Shown: in pieces, positions 1 to 13,330 of the stretch
Layout: each line of letters begins with the position of its first letter
How positions within the stretch are numbered: the first letter of the stretch is position 1
Source of the DNA: Vicugna vicugna
Taxonomy: Eukaryota
Direction of reading: 5' to 3'
NCBI GenBank assembly: GCA_013265495.1
Contig: MU057651.1
Coordinates: forward strand, 496,001 to 560,000
Length of the DNA: 64,000 nt
Translations under genes and position numbers: made by a program
The notes under the pieces: model-generated
What the model saw: the letters and a program-made list of their open reading frames with translations, nothing else
Told to the model about the DNA's origin: nothing
Database searches by the model: none

Positions 1-2010
1 TTATTGAGGTTTGTTTTATGGCCTAACATCTGATCTGTCATGCAGAAGGTTACATGGGACCTTGAGGAGAATGTATATTCTGCTGTTGTTGGATTGAGTA
101 GATTAGATGTGTAATTATTTGTAGTGTCTGTCATTCAAGTCTTGTTTTTCTTGTTGGTCTTCCACCTACTTATTCTATCCATTATTGAAGGTGGGATATT
201 GGAGTTTTTGACTATTACCATTGAATTGTTTATTCCTCTCTTCAAGTCAATCATTTCTTGCTTCATGTAGTTTGATGCTCTGTTATGAAGGTAGATATAT
301 GTTTATAACTATGTTATATTTTATCATTATAAAATGTCCTTTGTTGTAAAGTCAATTTTTTATGATATTAGTACAGCCACTCCAGCTCTTTTTTGATTAT
401 TAACTGCATGGTAAATATTTTTCATCCTTTTATTTTCAACCTATTTGTGTCTTTGAATCAAAATTATGTCTGTTTCAAACAGCATAAAGCTGAATCATGT
501 ATGTAAAAAAATACATTCTGCCAATCTCTGCCTTTTCATTTGAGAACTTAATCTACTTATATTTAATAATTATTGGTAATGTAGGAATTACGTCTGCCAT
601 TTGCTATTTTCTATATGTCTTATGTCTTTTTTGTCCCTTCATTCTTGGATTTCTGCCCTTTTTTTGAATAGACATTTTTCTAGTATACCATTTTAATTCC
701 TTTGTTGCATTTTTACTAATTTTATTTTGAGTTATTTTCTTAGTGGTTGCCCTGGGGATTACAATTAACATCTTAACACAATCTACTTTGGATTGTTATC
801 AACTTCATTTCACTTTAATATAAAAATTTTGCTATTGTATATCTCTGTTCCTTCTTCCTCTCTGTGCTCTTATCCACATACAAATTACATCTTCATGTAT
901 AAGTCCATCAATGTATCTTTAATAATTACTAGTCCATGCAGTTGTCTTTTGAATTGGATAACAGAAAAGAATTAGAAAAATAAATTAATAATGTTTTGTG
1001 TAGTGACCTATGTATTTACCTTTACAGCCTTCTTTGTTTCTTATGTGGATTTGAATTACTATCTACTGTCCTTTCACTTCTCCCTGAAGGATTCTCTTTA
1101 GTATTTCTTGTAGGACATGTTTGCTAGCTCTGTCTTTGTTTATTGGGGAATGTCTTGATTTCTCCTCATTCTTGAAGGATTATTTTGTTAGATTCCCTTA
1201 AATGCCTTGATCCAATAAGTCTCACAGCCTTTGCTGAAGGGCTCTGTGTATGTGTTGGAGCCTGATTTCAATGCTCTGACAGGCAGCTGGCCTTAGCCTT
1301 CACTTGCTATTTGCTCAAGGCCTCAAGGACAACCAGAGGTGAGAGATTAGGAACTTCTCAGGTCTTTTCCGAGAATACACCCAGTCCTGAACATGTGCCT
1401 GGCCTTAGAGATTCCTGGGAATGTTGTCAGAGCTTTCCAAAGTCCCCTATGGATATGAATTCTCCAGCTTTTGCCTTTTAAGGTTTTGAGTAGCTTCATT
1501 TACGCCATCTATTTCCCCCACATCAGGCAGCTGTGATTTTAAACAATTGCAGCTGATTAATGCTCCCTGAAAAGGCCGTTCACAGTGTGTACTCTGAATC
1601 AGTTCAAATAAAGAGGAACCCCACAAGTGGGAGTTTCCAGGGAGCTACCAGACGGGTCAAACAGTGACAGTTCTCTGGGAACGGGACATATGAGGAAGCT
1701 CCAAACCCATTCGGCATCCTCCAGTGACTGCTACGTTGCTGTTTTTCAGATACTGTAGTTGTGAGGCTGTTGCTTTTCAAAGATACCCTGGAGCTAGGAA
1801 GAAGGAGAATGGAAATAGAGGAAGTTAAAGCACCACAAAATTTGGTATTCTTAGTGAGATTTAGCCATTTTCCTTGAAAAAACACTTTTTGGATTGTTGC
1901 CAGCCTTTGTTACTTTTCTAAGTTCTGAAAAAGTTGATTTTGACAATTTTTCCAGTGTTACTGCATTTACATAGGAGCAGATTTTCAGAGAGTCTCTCTC
2001 CACCATTCTT
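1..2010 (-). mobile_element. Ancient L1M LINE fragments (ORF2 5' part / ORF1 / 5' region, antisense) in last DCX intron
   Basis: T-rich antisense L1 phrases (e.g. gagaatgtatattctgctgttgttgg, tagtatttcttgtagg); degenerate, boundaries approximate. Confidence 0.7.
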
Positions 2011-2284
2011 GAACTCTAGAGCTCAAAGATACTGTGACTATGGTGGATTTTCACTTTACTCAATTTCTGGAGTACTAAATCCCTTCATAAATGAAACTCC
2101 GTTATATGCCACTTTGCCTCAGTTCAATTTTATAAGTTTTTATTGCACTCTTACTGTTTCTTCAGTGTTGTACTTCCTACCTATTAATCAGTTTTCTAAG
2201 AATTTCTGTTTGGTAGTTTAGAGGAAGAGTATCAAATCTTGTGTATGATCTGACTGTTTTGGATGGTCTCCGAATACAAAAAAA

Positions 2285-2421
2285 TATTTTTTGCATCTTT
2301 AAAGGGTTGTAAAAGAAACAAAACTCAAACAAACTGTATGTCAGAGGCCATATGTGACCAACAAAGACAGCCTAAATTTTTTACTATCTAACCCTTTACA
2401 GAAAATGTTTGCCAGCCCCTG
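2285..2421 (+). mobile_element. MER58-family hAT-Charlie MITE, 3' part (MER58C-like)
   Basis: Ends ttactatctaaccctttacagaaaatgtttgccagcccctg, matching the MER58 3' terminus/TIR. Confidence 0.75.
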
Positions 2422-2458
2422 AGTTACAATTAAGGGATGTTGGGTTTGCTATAGTTGC

Positions 2459-2507
2459 CTTTGTTTTGTTTTGTTTTGTTTTGTTTTGTTTTGTTTTGTT
2501 TTGTTTT
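2459..2507. repeat. (TTTTG)n microsatellite
   Basis: Direct reading. Confidence 0.95.
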
Positions 2508-3384
2508 TAATGATTCAGTATTCCTTTGAGAAGCCTCAGAGCTGATAGAGACCTTACAGATTGTACATTCTGCATTTTCTTGAAGAAACTAAGACTCAAA
2601 GATTTGTTCATTGTTACAGTGCTACTTAACCAGGACTAAAACCTCAGGTTTCTGGATATACTCTACTCCTCTTTCCATTCTAAGTGGCATAAAAGATTTC
2701 CTGCCCCTTCTTTCTGAGTAAAAAGCATTCTCAGTGTTAGATAAATAAGTTCCTTACCTCCCTGTTCTTGTCCTCATTCCTTATCTTCACTTTTTCCTCT
2801 ACCTCAAGGAGAAGCTGCATTCTCTAGTTTTCTTAAACAGTCCTTTACCAAAGTTCTCTGTTTCCATTATACCAAAGAGAATCCCCTAAATATCCATAGA
2901 TTTGACCCTAAATTTTCCAGTTTCCTATAGTATCTTGCTGCTAATGTGAATGAAAACAGTGGTTTTTAAACTGTGCTTCATTTGGGGATGGGTGAGTTTC
3001 CACCTCCTCCATGACTGGTTCAACCAAAACAACTATACTTTTATTTATTTCATGTATTTGCCTTCCAATCAAAACTTCTTTCCAATAGAGAATTTAAAAA
3101 GAAAGAGAGATTGAGAGAGAGATTTGAAAATCACTGATTTAGATAATGGGTGAAGTAAGTCCAGAAGGAATCACAAGGACCTCCAAATAGAGCTCTGAGA
3201 ACAATGGAAAAAACCAATGCCTTATCATCCTTCCATCTCCTCAAGATATAGACGAAGCTTGGGGCAGTAGTGGATGAATCCTGGTTCCTGGTGGGAAATG
3301 GAAGCATTAAGAAATAAATTGGAATTAGGTGATGGGGTATTTTCTCAGTTAGCCATTTGTTCAGGTCCTGGAAGCAATCTGGGA

Positions 3385-4830
3385 GCCTGAAATGAACCCA
3401 CAAATATATCCACAACTGATTTTGACAAAGGTACAACAAAAGTCAGTCAATGGAAGAAAGATAGCTTTTTCAATAAATGATGCTAAAACGATTGGATATC
3501 CCTAGACAAAACAATGACCCCTAACCTAACCTCACATCTTACATAAGAATTAACTCAAAAATGGATTATAGATGTAAATGTAAAACATTTAGAAAGGAAA
3601 CATAGGAGAAAATCTTCTGATCTTTGGCTTGGCCAAGGGTTCTTAGATTTGACAGCAAAAGCTCAATCTCTAAAAGAAAAAAATGATAAATTGCATAAAT
3701 TGGACCTTATCAAAATTAAAAATCTTTGCTCTGTCCAGGGCCATGCAAAGGATATGAAAAGACATGTTACAGCCTGGGAAAAAAGATTTGCAAGCCACAG
3801 ATCTAACTAAAGGCCATATATAGAATATAAAAATAACTGTTCAAACTCAATAGTAAGAAAAATCCAATTAGAAAATAACCAAAGGACACAAAGAAATATT
3901 TCTGAGGAATTGTTTCTTCAGTTGAACTCAGGAGGAATTATAGATGTCAACTATGCGCATGAAAAGATGTTTAACATCACTAGCCATCAGGGAAATGCAA
4001 ATTAAAATCACAATGAGATATCACTACAAATCCACGCAACTGGCTAAAATAAAAAGTAATGAAAACACCAAATACTGGTTAGGATGTGAATAAACTGGGT
4101 CACTAATTCTTTTCTGGTGAGAATGTAAACGGTACAGTCACTCTCAAAAACAACATGGTATCCTTACAAAACTAAACATTCGATTGATATACAACTTAGA
4201 AGTTGTTCTCTTGAGCATTATCCCAGAAAAATGAAAACTTATGTTTGCACAAAAACCTGTACAGGGATGTTTATAGCCACTTTATTTGTAATAGCACAAA
4301 ACTGGAATCATCCCACTTCAATGGATGAATGGTTAAACGAACTGTGGTACAGCCACACTGTAGAATGTTGCTCAGCAATATGAAGGAGTGAACCACTGAT
4401 ACAGGCAACAACTTGATGAATTTCCAGGGAATTATACTGATGGGATTCCATTTACATAACGTTCCTGGAATGACAAAATTGTAGAGATGAGAAACAGAAT
4501 ATTGGTTGCCAAGGCTTAGGGATGGGGGAGGCATGGATGTAGCTATAAAGGGGTAACATGAGGGAGCCTTTAGGTGAGGCTACAGTTCTGTATCTCGACT
4601 GTGGTGAGGATCACACAAATATACAAATAGAGTAAAATCACATTAAGAGTACACTACACACACACACACACACAAACAAGTGCGTGGGAAATTGCAAATG
4701 TTACCATTGGGGGAAATTGAATGAAGGGGATATTGGTACAAGGATACCTCCCTATACTTCGACTTCCTGTGAATTCATAATTGTTTCAAAGTAAAAATTA
4801 GAGAAAATATTAGTTAAAAAAACCAAAAGC
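3385..4830 (+). mobile_element. Old L1M (L1MB/MC-type) ORF2 3' end plus 3'UTR, with internal (CA)n at ~4657-4673
   Basis: caactgattttgacaaagg, agggaaatgcaaattaaaatcacaatgagatatcac, caatggatgaatgg, L1M 3'UTR phrases and an A-rich end. Confidence 0.85.
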
Positions 4831-4903
4831 AGTAATTGTGCCCATTTCAGAGCCCAAGATGTTAAGAAAACGAGAGTTAACTTTATCTCTTATCTTCTTA
4901 CAG

Positions 4904-4960
4904 GACCTGTACCTGCCTCTGTCCTTGGATGACTCAGACTCACTTGGCGATTCGATGTGA
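4904..4960 (+). CDS. DCX: Doublecortin, terminal coding exon (DLYLPLSLDDSDSLGDSM*)
   Basis: Acceptor tatcttcttacag|GAC at 4903/4904, phase 0; translation equals the known DCX C-terminus; TGA 4958-4960; too short for the ORF track. Confidence 0.96.
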   Translation, partial: DLYLPLSLDDSDSLGDSM

Positions 4961-6599
4961 GGGAGGAGTGTTCAGAGTCCAGAGTACAAATCCAAGCTTG
5001 CCATTACAATAGGGTACTTCTGCCCAAGTGTCCAACAGGGCTATTGGTGCTTTCAAGTTTTTATTTTGTTGTTGTTATTGTTATTTTTAAAAACACACTG
5101 TAATATGTTGGGTTTATTTTCCTGTGATTTCTCCTCTGGGCCACTGATCCACAGTTACCAATTATAAGAGATAGATTGATAACCATCCTTTGGGGTAACT
5201 TTCCAAGGATACAAAATGTGCTAGTCCATGACCTTTCTATTGAATACTTAGGCGCCTGCGTTATTTTTCCCTGTCTCGCTTTGCTCATACACGACAGTCT
5301 TCCTTCTGTAGAGGGTTGTTTACATACATAGCACTTAAAATGTGTGTGGGGGGTGAAAAACTCATTGGCAAATCCAAGAGTGATAAACACAAGTGCCCCT
5401 TGTCTCCCCATCTCAAGAATGCTGGAGGATCCTGGGAGGACGGCAAGGCAGCTCCCCAGCCTTGCTCTTCGCTCCTGATTGAGCCCCCAGTTTGTTGTCT
5501 AGCACCAATTCTGGCTGTCAAGGGGGAGAAACACCAGCAACTTGTCATTCTGACACCAGATGCTTAGGACCCTGGTGTAGGGCTGGCTTAAAGAGACTAG
5601 GCAAAATTGGAAAACACTGTAGACATTTCAGTCGCATTTATAAAGCACAGTGAATTCCTTGTCAACCTCTCCACTGGAGCAATTTAGAATCAATAAGCAA
5701 TTAACAAGAGTTGGTGGTGAGGGGCTTTCATATACCTGATTCCTCTAGGAGGCTGTCTAACATAGCAAGTTACGACACAAACTGTATGGTATCCATCTAT
5801 CTCTGTTCTATTGAATGCCTTGTAAACAGCCAACACTGAAAACACTGTGAGAATTTGTTTTCAGGTCTGACACCTTTCGGTCGCTTTTTATAGCAAGAAA
5901 CCAATATCCTTTTTATAAAACCTCGTGTCTGTTTTTCAGGAGCAAACTCTTCAGGCTCCTTTTTTATAAACTGGTGATTTTTCTTTTGTCTAAAAAACAC
6001 ATGCAGAAAATTTACCAAAAAAAAAAAGTGCAGAAGAATACCGTAGTTTAGAAATCATGCTGTCACTGCCAAACAGAAACCTCCAGGAAAAAACGAAATG
6101 CATAGCAGAGGCCAATTCAATAGAATGAGTCTTTTGATAACTTTTTAACAGTTACGCTTACATTAATAATTTCAACGTGGACCAGACATTCTAATTATAT
6201 TTTAAATGAAATGTTATGGCATATTTTAAGCAACTCTTTTTTATCTATAATCCTGATATTTCATACTGAAGACACAGAATCCTTTCACTTGTCTTTAATA
6301 CAAGAAAGGATTTCTCTTTGCTAAGGATTGATCATTTGAAATAGCTCTCAGTCTTTGAGGTACAGGTTCATAACACTGCTTTTTGTCTGTGATCATAGCC
6401 CATAATGGCAAAGGCAACTAAACTGAAGTGAAAGCCATGCATGCCAGTTCTGTGTTTGCTTTTAGCAGATATGAAAATGTCCTTATTTCTTTGTAATTGT
6501 TCGGATAGTTGGAAAGGTGCAGCATTTGAAGCCAAGCTGCTGTTTGGCTATTGAATGATTTGCATTTGTTTCTCCACTTTAACTGGAATGAGCTTCCTC

Positions 6600-6626
6600 T
6601 GTGTGTGTGTGTGTGTGTGTGTGTGT
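6600..6626. repeat. (TG)n microsatellite
   Basis: Direct reading. Confidence 0.95.
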
Positions 6627-6785
6627 ACGCAGTTGCTTCATAATTAGGAGATATTGCAGAATACCCCAACATGGATCAGTGGCAACTTGGTGGCATTGCT
6701 GATGTGCACTGTGTAGGAGGAAACTCATGATGGAAGGGGTAGATCAGATGCCCCTAGACAAGCTTCAGCTATCCTTAGCTATGAA

Positions 6786-6818
6786 AAACAAACAAACAAA
6801 CAAACAAACAAACAAACA
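6786..6818. repeat. (AAAC)n microsatellite
   Basis: Direct reading. Confidence 0.95.
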
Positions 6819-7656
6819 TTTTTGGTTCAAGGAAAGTCCAGATGATGGTAGTAATGATTCCTGGTAAAACTGGTCATTGAAGAACCCTAAATTATGAGAA
6901 TCTCTTTTGGCTCCTCTCCTTTATTTGTAGGCTGTTAGAAACCATTAAGAAGCCCATTTTACTCACCCTCTACTTCTTCCTAGAAGCTCAAATTTTGCTT
7001 AGTGTCTCCCAGAACCACTTGTAGTTAATTGGGAAAAAATTGGAGGAGGATATAAAGGATGGTAGGAGGTCCGTCTCTAAACTTCAGGCCAGATCCCCAC
7101 AGGTTACATCTATAGCCTTTCTCTAGTTCTCATTTAGTCTAAATCCTTTGACTTAATATGAAATGGAGGCTGAAACAGCTAAATGACCTGCTGGTAAACA
7201 GCAGGACCAGAGGAGGAACTCAGATTCCTCATGTCCAAGCCCTCTGCTACCTCTCTGAGCATTTCCTTGCTTGTGGCATATGTACTATTAGAAAATATTC
7301 AATGCCCATATTTTCTTTAGAATGATCTTTCAACCAACAATCTCCTATAATAATAGTAGAATTGCCATCTTTTAAAAAATCAATTATAAGGAAATGTTTT
7401 TCCATTGCCACTTCAGGGGGGCTTGGTATAGTTCAAAATTCAAGCCCTTCACCAATTGCATTTTAAATTGGCCCATTTTCAAGGCAAAAAAAAATCTTGT
7501 TTGTAATTGAGTGCCTTCACCCCTGTCATCCATCCCCAGTTTTACCAATCCAGTTTTACCACTAAAGTCCCATTATGTGACCTTCTGCACAGTCAGCAAA
7601 TAGCAAGTCATTCAGCAAGGATTTGCCACCACTCCCCCCATTCTCCCTTCCTCTCT

Positions 7657-7712
7657 GACACACAGACACACACAGACACACACAGACACATACACACACA
7701 CACACACACACA
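7657..7712. repeat. Imperfect (CA)n microsatellite
   Basis: Direct reading. Confidence 0.9.
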
Positions 7713-7941
7713 ATCTATCTGTTCCTTGTTCCTACATCTTGATTTTTCTCCCTTACAGAAATAGAAATAGGGACAAAGAAGGGGAAAATGTATATATGGG
7801 GGCTGGGCTGAACAACTTCATAAGTAGTGTTAACTAGGGGTAAATTGAGAGAAAAGTTCCTTTTCTCTTCACTGTTTTGGAAAGGATAGCCATTAGCATG
7901 ACTGCTTTGTGTCCTTACAGACTTTAGTATTAGCCTAGATT

Positions 7942-8130
7942 GAATCATAGAGTTTTCTAGCTGGAAGGAACCTTAAGATCATATCATCTACTCCAAATTC
8001 CTCATTTTCAGGCCAGGAACGGAGATGCAGACGTAAAGTAATTTCCCCAAGGTCACACAGCTGGCTAGGGGCAGGGCTGGGATTAGAACCCACATCTCCT
8101 GGCTCTTATTCCAAGGCCTTTTCCCACTGA
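7942..8130 (-). mobile_element. MIR/MIR3 SINE within DCX 3'UTR
   Basis: gaatcatag...ctggaaggaaccttaag...cccaaggtcacacagct...gggattagaaccca is the antisense MIR core. Confidence 0.8.
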
Positions 8131-11100
8131 ACTCTATTGCCTTCCACCAGGCTCCTGAGAATTCTTTCCCAGGGTCATGTTGCATCTTGGAGCCATATGC
8201 TGCTGTCCTGATCTCAGCGGGAAATCCACCCAGCAACCTAATACGGCTCTTTCTCCCTATATTCACATGGTTCCCATCCACATGGACTGCAGATGTCCCC
8301 CAAGAGAAGGAGACATTGAGGACCAACAGGAACAATGGGGTTGCTGACCTTGTCCATCCAACACAGGAGGTCACTACCCCACCTTGAAGAGCCCTCAGAA
8401 CAGCCCCCTGAGCTCCTACCTTGTCCAGATGGGAGAGGGGAAGACTGATTTCCCCTGTCAGCTCACCTTGTCTCATCTCATCCTGACTGGTCTTTGTAGG
8501 CTGAGGGAAATATTTTTTGTTCCTAGAGCAGAGGAAGGAAGGAATGAAGGGAGGAAGGGAAGGAGGGAGGGAGGGAGGGAGGAAGGGAAGTAGGAAGAGC
8601 AGAACAATAGCTATGTTCATCCTGACTTTCTGAGATGACTTCTCAGTATTTTTAAAATGAGTGTGGTTCCCATTCACTGGCAAGAATTTCTCTTAAAATA
8701 TGGGAATGAGACTAGCTAGAAAAATAACCTGGTCTTACTATGGTTACCCTCATCCACAATGTCCCCATAGCCATCCTGCCCTGAAGGGGACAGTTTTCAG
8801 ATATAAGCAAGGGGCTTTGTGACTAAAAGGTACCCTGGCTGATGTTAAACATTGGCTCCTTGTGTTTGCACTAAATAGCAAGCTGTGTGCTGTACACACC
8901 AGACTCATCTTGTGTACGCTGCTCCTGTGGTCTTCCATGGCAGAAACCAGGGCAACAAGGTCTGAACACGTAGTTTTCCTCACAGCAAGGTTCTTCCTGG
9001 AAACTAAGGGGTTTTCATTAGTTCAGTTCTAAAAGACCTCCTTCCTGTGCTTACCCCACTCCTCAGGAAATTCTCTCTTCTTCCTACTTCTGCTCCTCAA
9101 CCAGAAGTAACTAAGGAAACTTAAAGTAGATGTGTCATTATCTAAAGAAGGCAAGAAGAAGGGGTCTGAGCCCCTAGATCTTTCTTTTAATGACCCAACC
9201 CAAGTCTTGGACCAGCAATCCAGTGCTTGCCTTGGACAAAGTTGTGTCTACTTCTTAGTCCCTTCAATACGCTGGATGGACATGTCCCCAGTCCTCCTTA
9301 GATGTGTCTGTAAATAGCTTATCTTTAAAAAAAATACGTCTCCCCCAGACAAGGGGATAAGCATGCCCATGTCTCCAAAATGAGCTCCAGTAAACTGATG
9401 GGAATGTTCCCCAAGATCAGTGCACCTCAAAACCATCTATGCCAAGAGACTTCCCCAGACACATTTGAGTGACCTCCTTCACTGTCCAGTTTGCTGTGGA
9501 AATAAAAAGCATTGAGATTTCTTTTAAACAGAAAAGGCTATTGAAACCTGTCTTTGGCCACTTGGGGCCACTTGAATCTCCAAGACAAAACCTCACTTAT
9601 ATATTGCCTTCGTTGCGTTAAGGGATTTGACTTTTAGGCCTAGGCTAGCTTCCTAAGTAAACCACAGTGTTTTGAAGCTCATCTGAGGAGGGGTTAGAGT
9701 CCTATGTTTTGGGACCGGGAACTGAGAGAATAAAGACTCAGCCATTGATAGGCTAGAAGAGATCTGAGACCTCTTGTACCTCTTGTGTAGCAATGGAGCC
9801 TTGCGATTGCTGGGCTTCCTGGGTCTCTCCTGGTATGGAACTTCAAAACTTTCATACTTCTGCCTCTGCCCAAGAAGAGGACCTCATATATAGCCTCATC
9901 CACTCTTCTGTGGTTCCATGCAGGGTTTCCTCTTCCTTACTGGTGTGACCACCTGGAGCAAGGATACTGCATTGATTCCTCTTGCCTACCTTTTGGCTGG
10001 AGATACAACTCCAAGAGGTTCTCTGGCTTTTGGTGGCCCAGACCCTGTCCAGTGCTACTAATACTCAATGGACTGCCCTTAGTCAGCCCTAAATTCTGTG
10101 ATCATGGACCAAGACAACACAAATCATTTCTCAAAAATGAATTCCCAATTTTATTCTTCCTCTGGCTAGCCAAACTCACTGCCTGAGGAGCTAAAAGGCT
10201 GGAGGTTCTTGCCACACAGCAGCCAAGGCACATATTCAGGGAGGAAGATGCATTTCTAAACCCACAGAGCACTAGCTCAAGTGGCCAGCCTACTATGGAC
10301 TGAACCTTAGCAGCTTCTCCTAACTCCTTCTGCTTTTTCTTTTCAGAGACTAGAAGGCTCCTTCTCCATCAGCCTGTCTTTCGGTATGCCTAGCTAAAGA
10401 ATTTTGCCCCTCCTAGCTCTCCAGGAAAGGATGACCTCCTCCTCTGTCTCTCCCATTCTGGTCCCCAAGCTTGTCTCCATCCCCAAAGATCTAGTGTGGT
10501 CTTTACATTCAGCCTCTTGGTGTTTCTTCCTGCTTTGTTCCGTTAAGGACCCACACAGACCTTCCACTTTGGCCTAGGCAGTGTGACACTGGTTATCATA
10601 TGGCAAGACTCTTGAATTCCACATCCCCACCACCCGCCTGCCGGCTTCTAACTGCTTAGCTTTTTATTCCTTAGTTTATAGTTATCTTAGTTATCTTCCG
10701 GAATCGGAAGCAATCTTGTCTTAGCTTGGATGCCTGGGCCTAGGGGAGTATAGCATTCTCATTGGGAGTTAAGGCATCTTTCTGCTCCTGATTAGGACAG
10801 GCTAGTTGGGAAAGGTCAGATGGCACAACAGAAATCACAGCAAACACTTTGTAAGCTAAAGCAAAGACTTCGAGGCATTGGAACTTTTCCTTTCTGGCTT
10901 AACAATCTGAGGAAATCAATGGCTTTTTGTCACTCTCTCCCTTGCCTCCCCAGTATCTCTTTGCCTTTTCTTTCTCTAGTTCACTACATTTGCTCTCAGT
11001 TTTATACTCTGTGTTGTCACTGCCTCTTTCCACAGTGCAAACATACATCCTTTGTCCTCTGCAATTCTTCTCTCTCTTTTGTTCTCTCCCTTCCTTTTGA

Positions 11101-13330
11101 TTTTTCCCTTCCTCCTTGTCTAGGTGTTGGGCGCATGAGTCTTCTTAGCCCTGTGACTTTGCCTTGGTGATGAGAAGTTATTTCCAGACTCAACCAACCC
11201 TGATCCTACCGGAGTCCAATCAGAAGTATGTTGGTGGGAATCAGTCCGATCCTGGCCCTTCTCCATTTTCAGTTGTGATTCCCTGAAGCAGATCCTCACA
11301 AACAGTTTCCTTATAGCTCACGTATCTTTGGGTCTTTGCCTTCCAAGTACTGTACAGAATACTTTGTGGTTCCTTTTAGTCTGCCATTTTGTGGAGCAGT
11401 GAAGTGTGCTCAGAGAAATAATCAGCTGAACAGAAAAATCCACTTATGGATTCATATCAGCTAAATACTATTAATTGATTTTGTTTAATTTGCTTATAGT
11501 TTAAAAGCTGCAATATAATATAATGAGAGACCATAGGTAATTTCTCCTGTCATTTGGTTTGGCTGGGTAGGGGCGCTGGGTGGAGGGAGTAATTTGTTTA
11601 AAGTTTTACTAGTACACAATAAGCTCTCCTTATAACATAACAAAACATAACATAGCCTTATGTTTTGGGCTTGCCAAATGTTGAATTTTTTTAGCTAAAC
11701 TGATAGGCAGCTGGGGTTGGTTTAAATGCAAAGGGTATTTAACAATTCCATAATATAAAAAGAAATATTCACTTAATTGAATTGTATTTTTCCTTCTGTT
11801 ACTAAATTCACCTAGACATTTACTCTTGACACCAACTCTTCCTAATCCTGTGCATGCAGTCCATGTAAGAGTAATTAATGGACATAAAGAAGTCATCTTG
11901 TAGGTGCTAATTTATTCAACAGGGTGCACAGCCCTTGGGTAATGTCACCACGTAGCAATACTATATGGAATGCCCTTTCCAATGCCATTTCTTTATAAGT
12001 TCTCTTAAAGGGATTTGAGCAAGTAAGAGGTTATACCAAAATGTCTCCAATGTGTGGTCCTGTAATATATTGCAGCTTGAAGCCAATGATCCTTTATGAC
12101 TTGTATACAACTAATGCATGTTTTGATTGAATTTTGCATTTCTCATGTGTGGTAAGTTCTCTAAAACCTTTTTGGTCACCTTTTTGTGCCATTAAACTTG
12201 TACAGAAAAATGCTTTTTATGGCCATTTTCAAAGGGAGAAAGTTTAAAATGGAAACAGCCCGCCCTTTCTGCCCTATAGCTGTAGTTAGAACTCAGTAAC
12301 TGTAGCAAAACAGCTGTAATTGGTGGTTGTAGTGTTAGAGGCGTTAGCTTGCTAGTGACTAGCTTTGGAGAGTAAATGCATGGTATTGTACATCGCATTT
12401 CTTAAATAACTCATTTTAATCTCTGAAAAGAATATATTCTTCCTTGTGGTCCCTCTCCCTCCCTTGCCTTCTCCCTCCCCCTGCTCCCAGGTGTCTTACA
12501 GTTGTAAATAACTGATTTGGAGGCCAATAATTTTCACCAGGTCAGCAAAGAACAAACAAACCAAAAAGGAGGGGAAAGCCATTTCTCAACAGTCTCTCGG
12601 CAGTTATTGACCATTTCTCAAGGAATGGCATTGTGATCAAAGACTCAACTCCCCTTTGCTTAAAAGTCAGTGGCAAATTGGGAGCCTGTTTGGCCATTTG
12701 ATGACATTGCAGAATTGAAGAGTTCTCAGAATAACATGTAAGTGGGCAACAATGTCCCTTATCCCTGCAGCAGATTTGAGATGTCTAGAGGCCCTCAGGA
12801 GGCTCTGCTTGAAATGACCAATAAATATTTTTTAAAAAAGAAAGAAAAACAGAAAGACAACAGATATTTAGCAGAAGAGTTATAGTCAGAAAAGACAAGG
12901 ACATGGGTTTATATGCATTGCTGTCGTTTTCCTAGGCAATGCCTAGCCCGCTCTTGGGTTATGATTCAAAAGCAGTGTTCCAAGAAGGCATTCTCCTTTT
13001 TGGTCTGCTGTTCCCACTTGGACTGGTAGGTTTGGTGAGGCCCATGTAAACCAGCTGGAGCAGACCCTTTTCATCTCCCGTGCCTGTTAATATCCCTCTT
13101 CCTCCCTCCACAATTTGATGAGGGCTTTCTTTGGTCAGAGGACTTCGAAGTCTAGAGAAGTTCCCATGTGTGTAACGTGCTGTGAATTGTGAATGCTGCC
13201 GATTCACAGCATGCAATACCGGGCAGCCACGGAGCTGCTCTTGCAATCATTTTGGCTCTCAAGCTCTGGTCTTCATCTCATTCTCATTTCTGTGTACATT
13301 TGCAAGATGTGTGTAATGTCATTTTCCAAA

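Noticed and set aside
7988..8683. 231-aa minus-strand ORF
   Set aside because: Non-ATG start, runs through a GA microsatellite and a MIR; no recognisable domain
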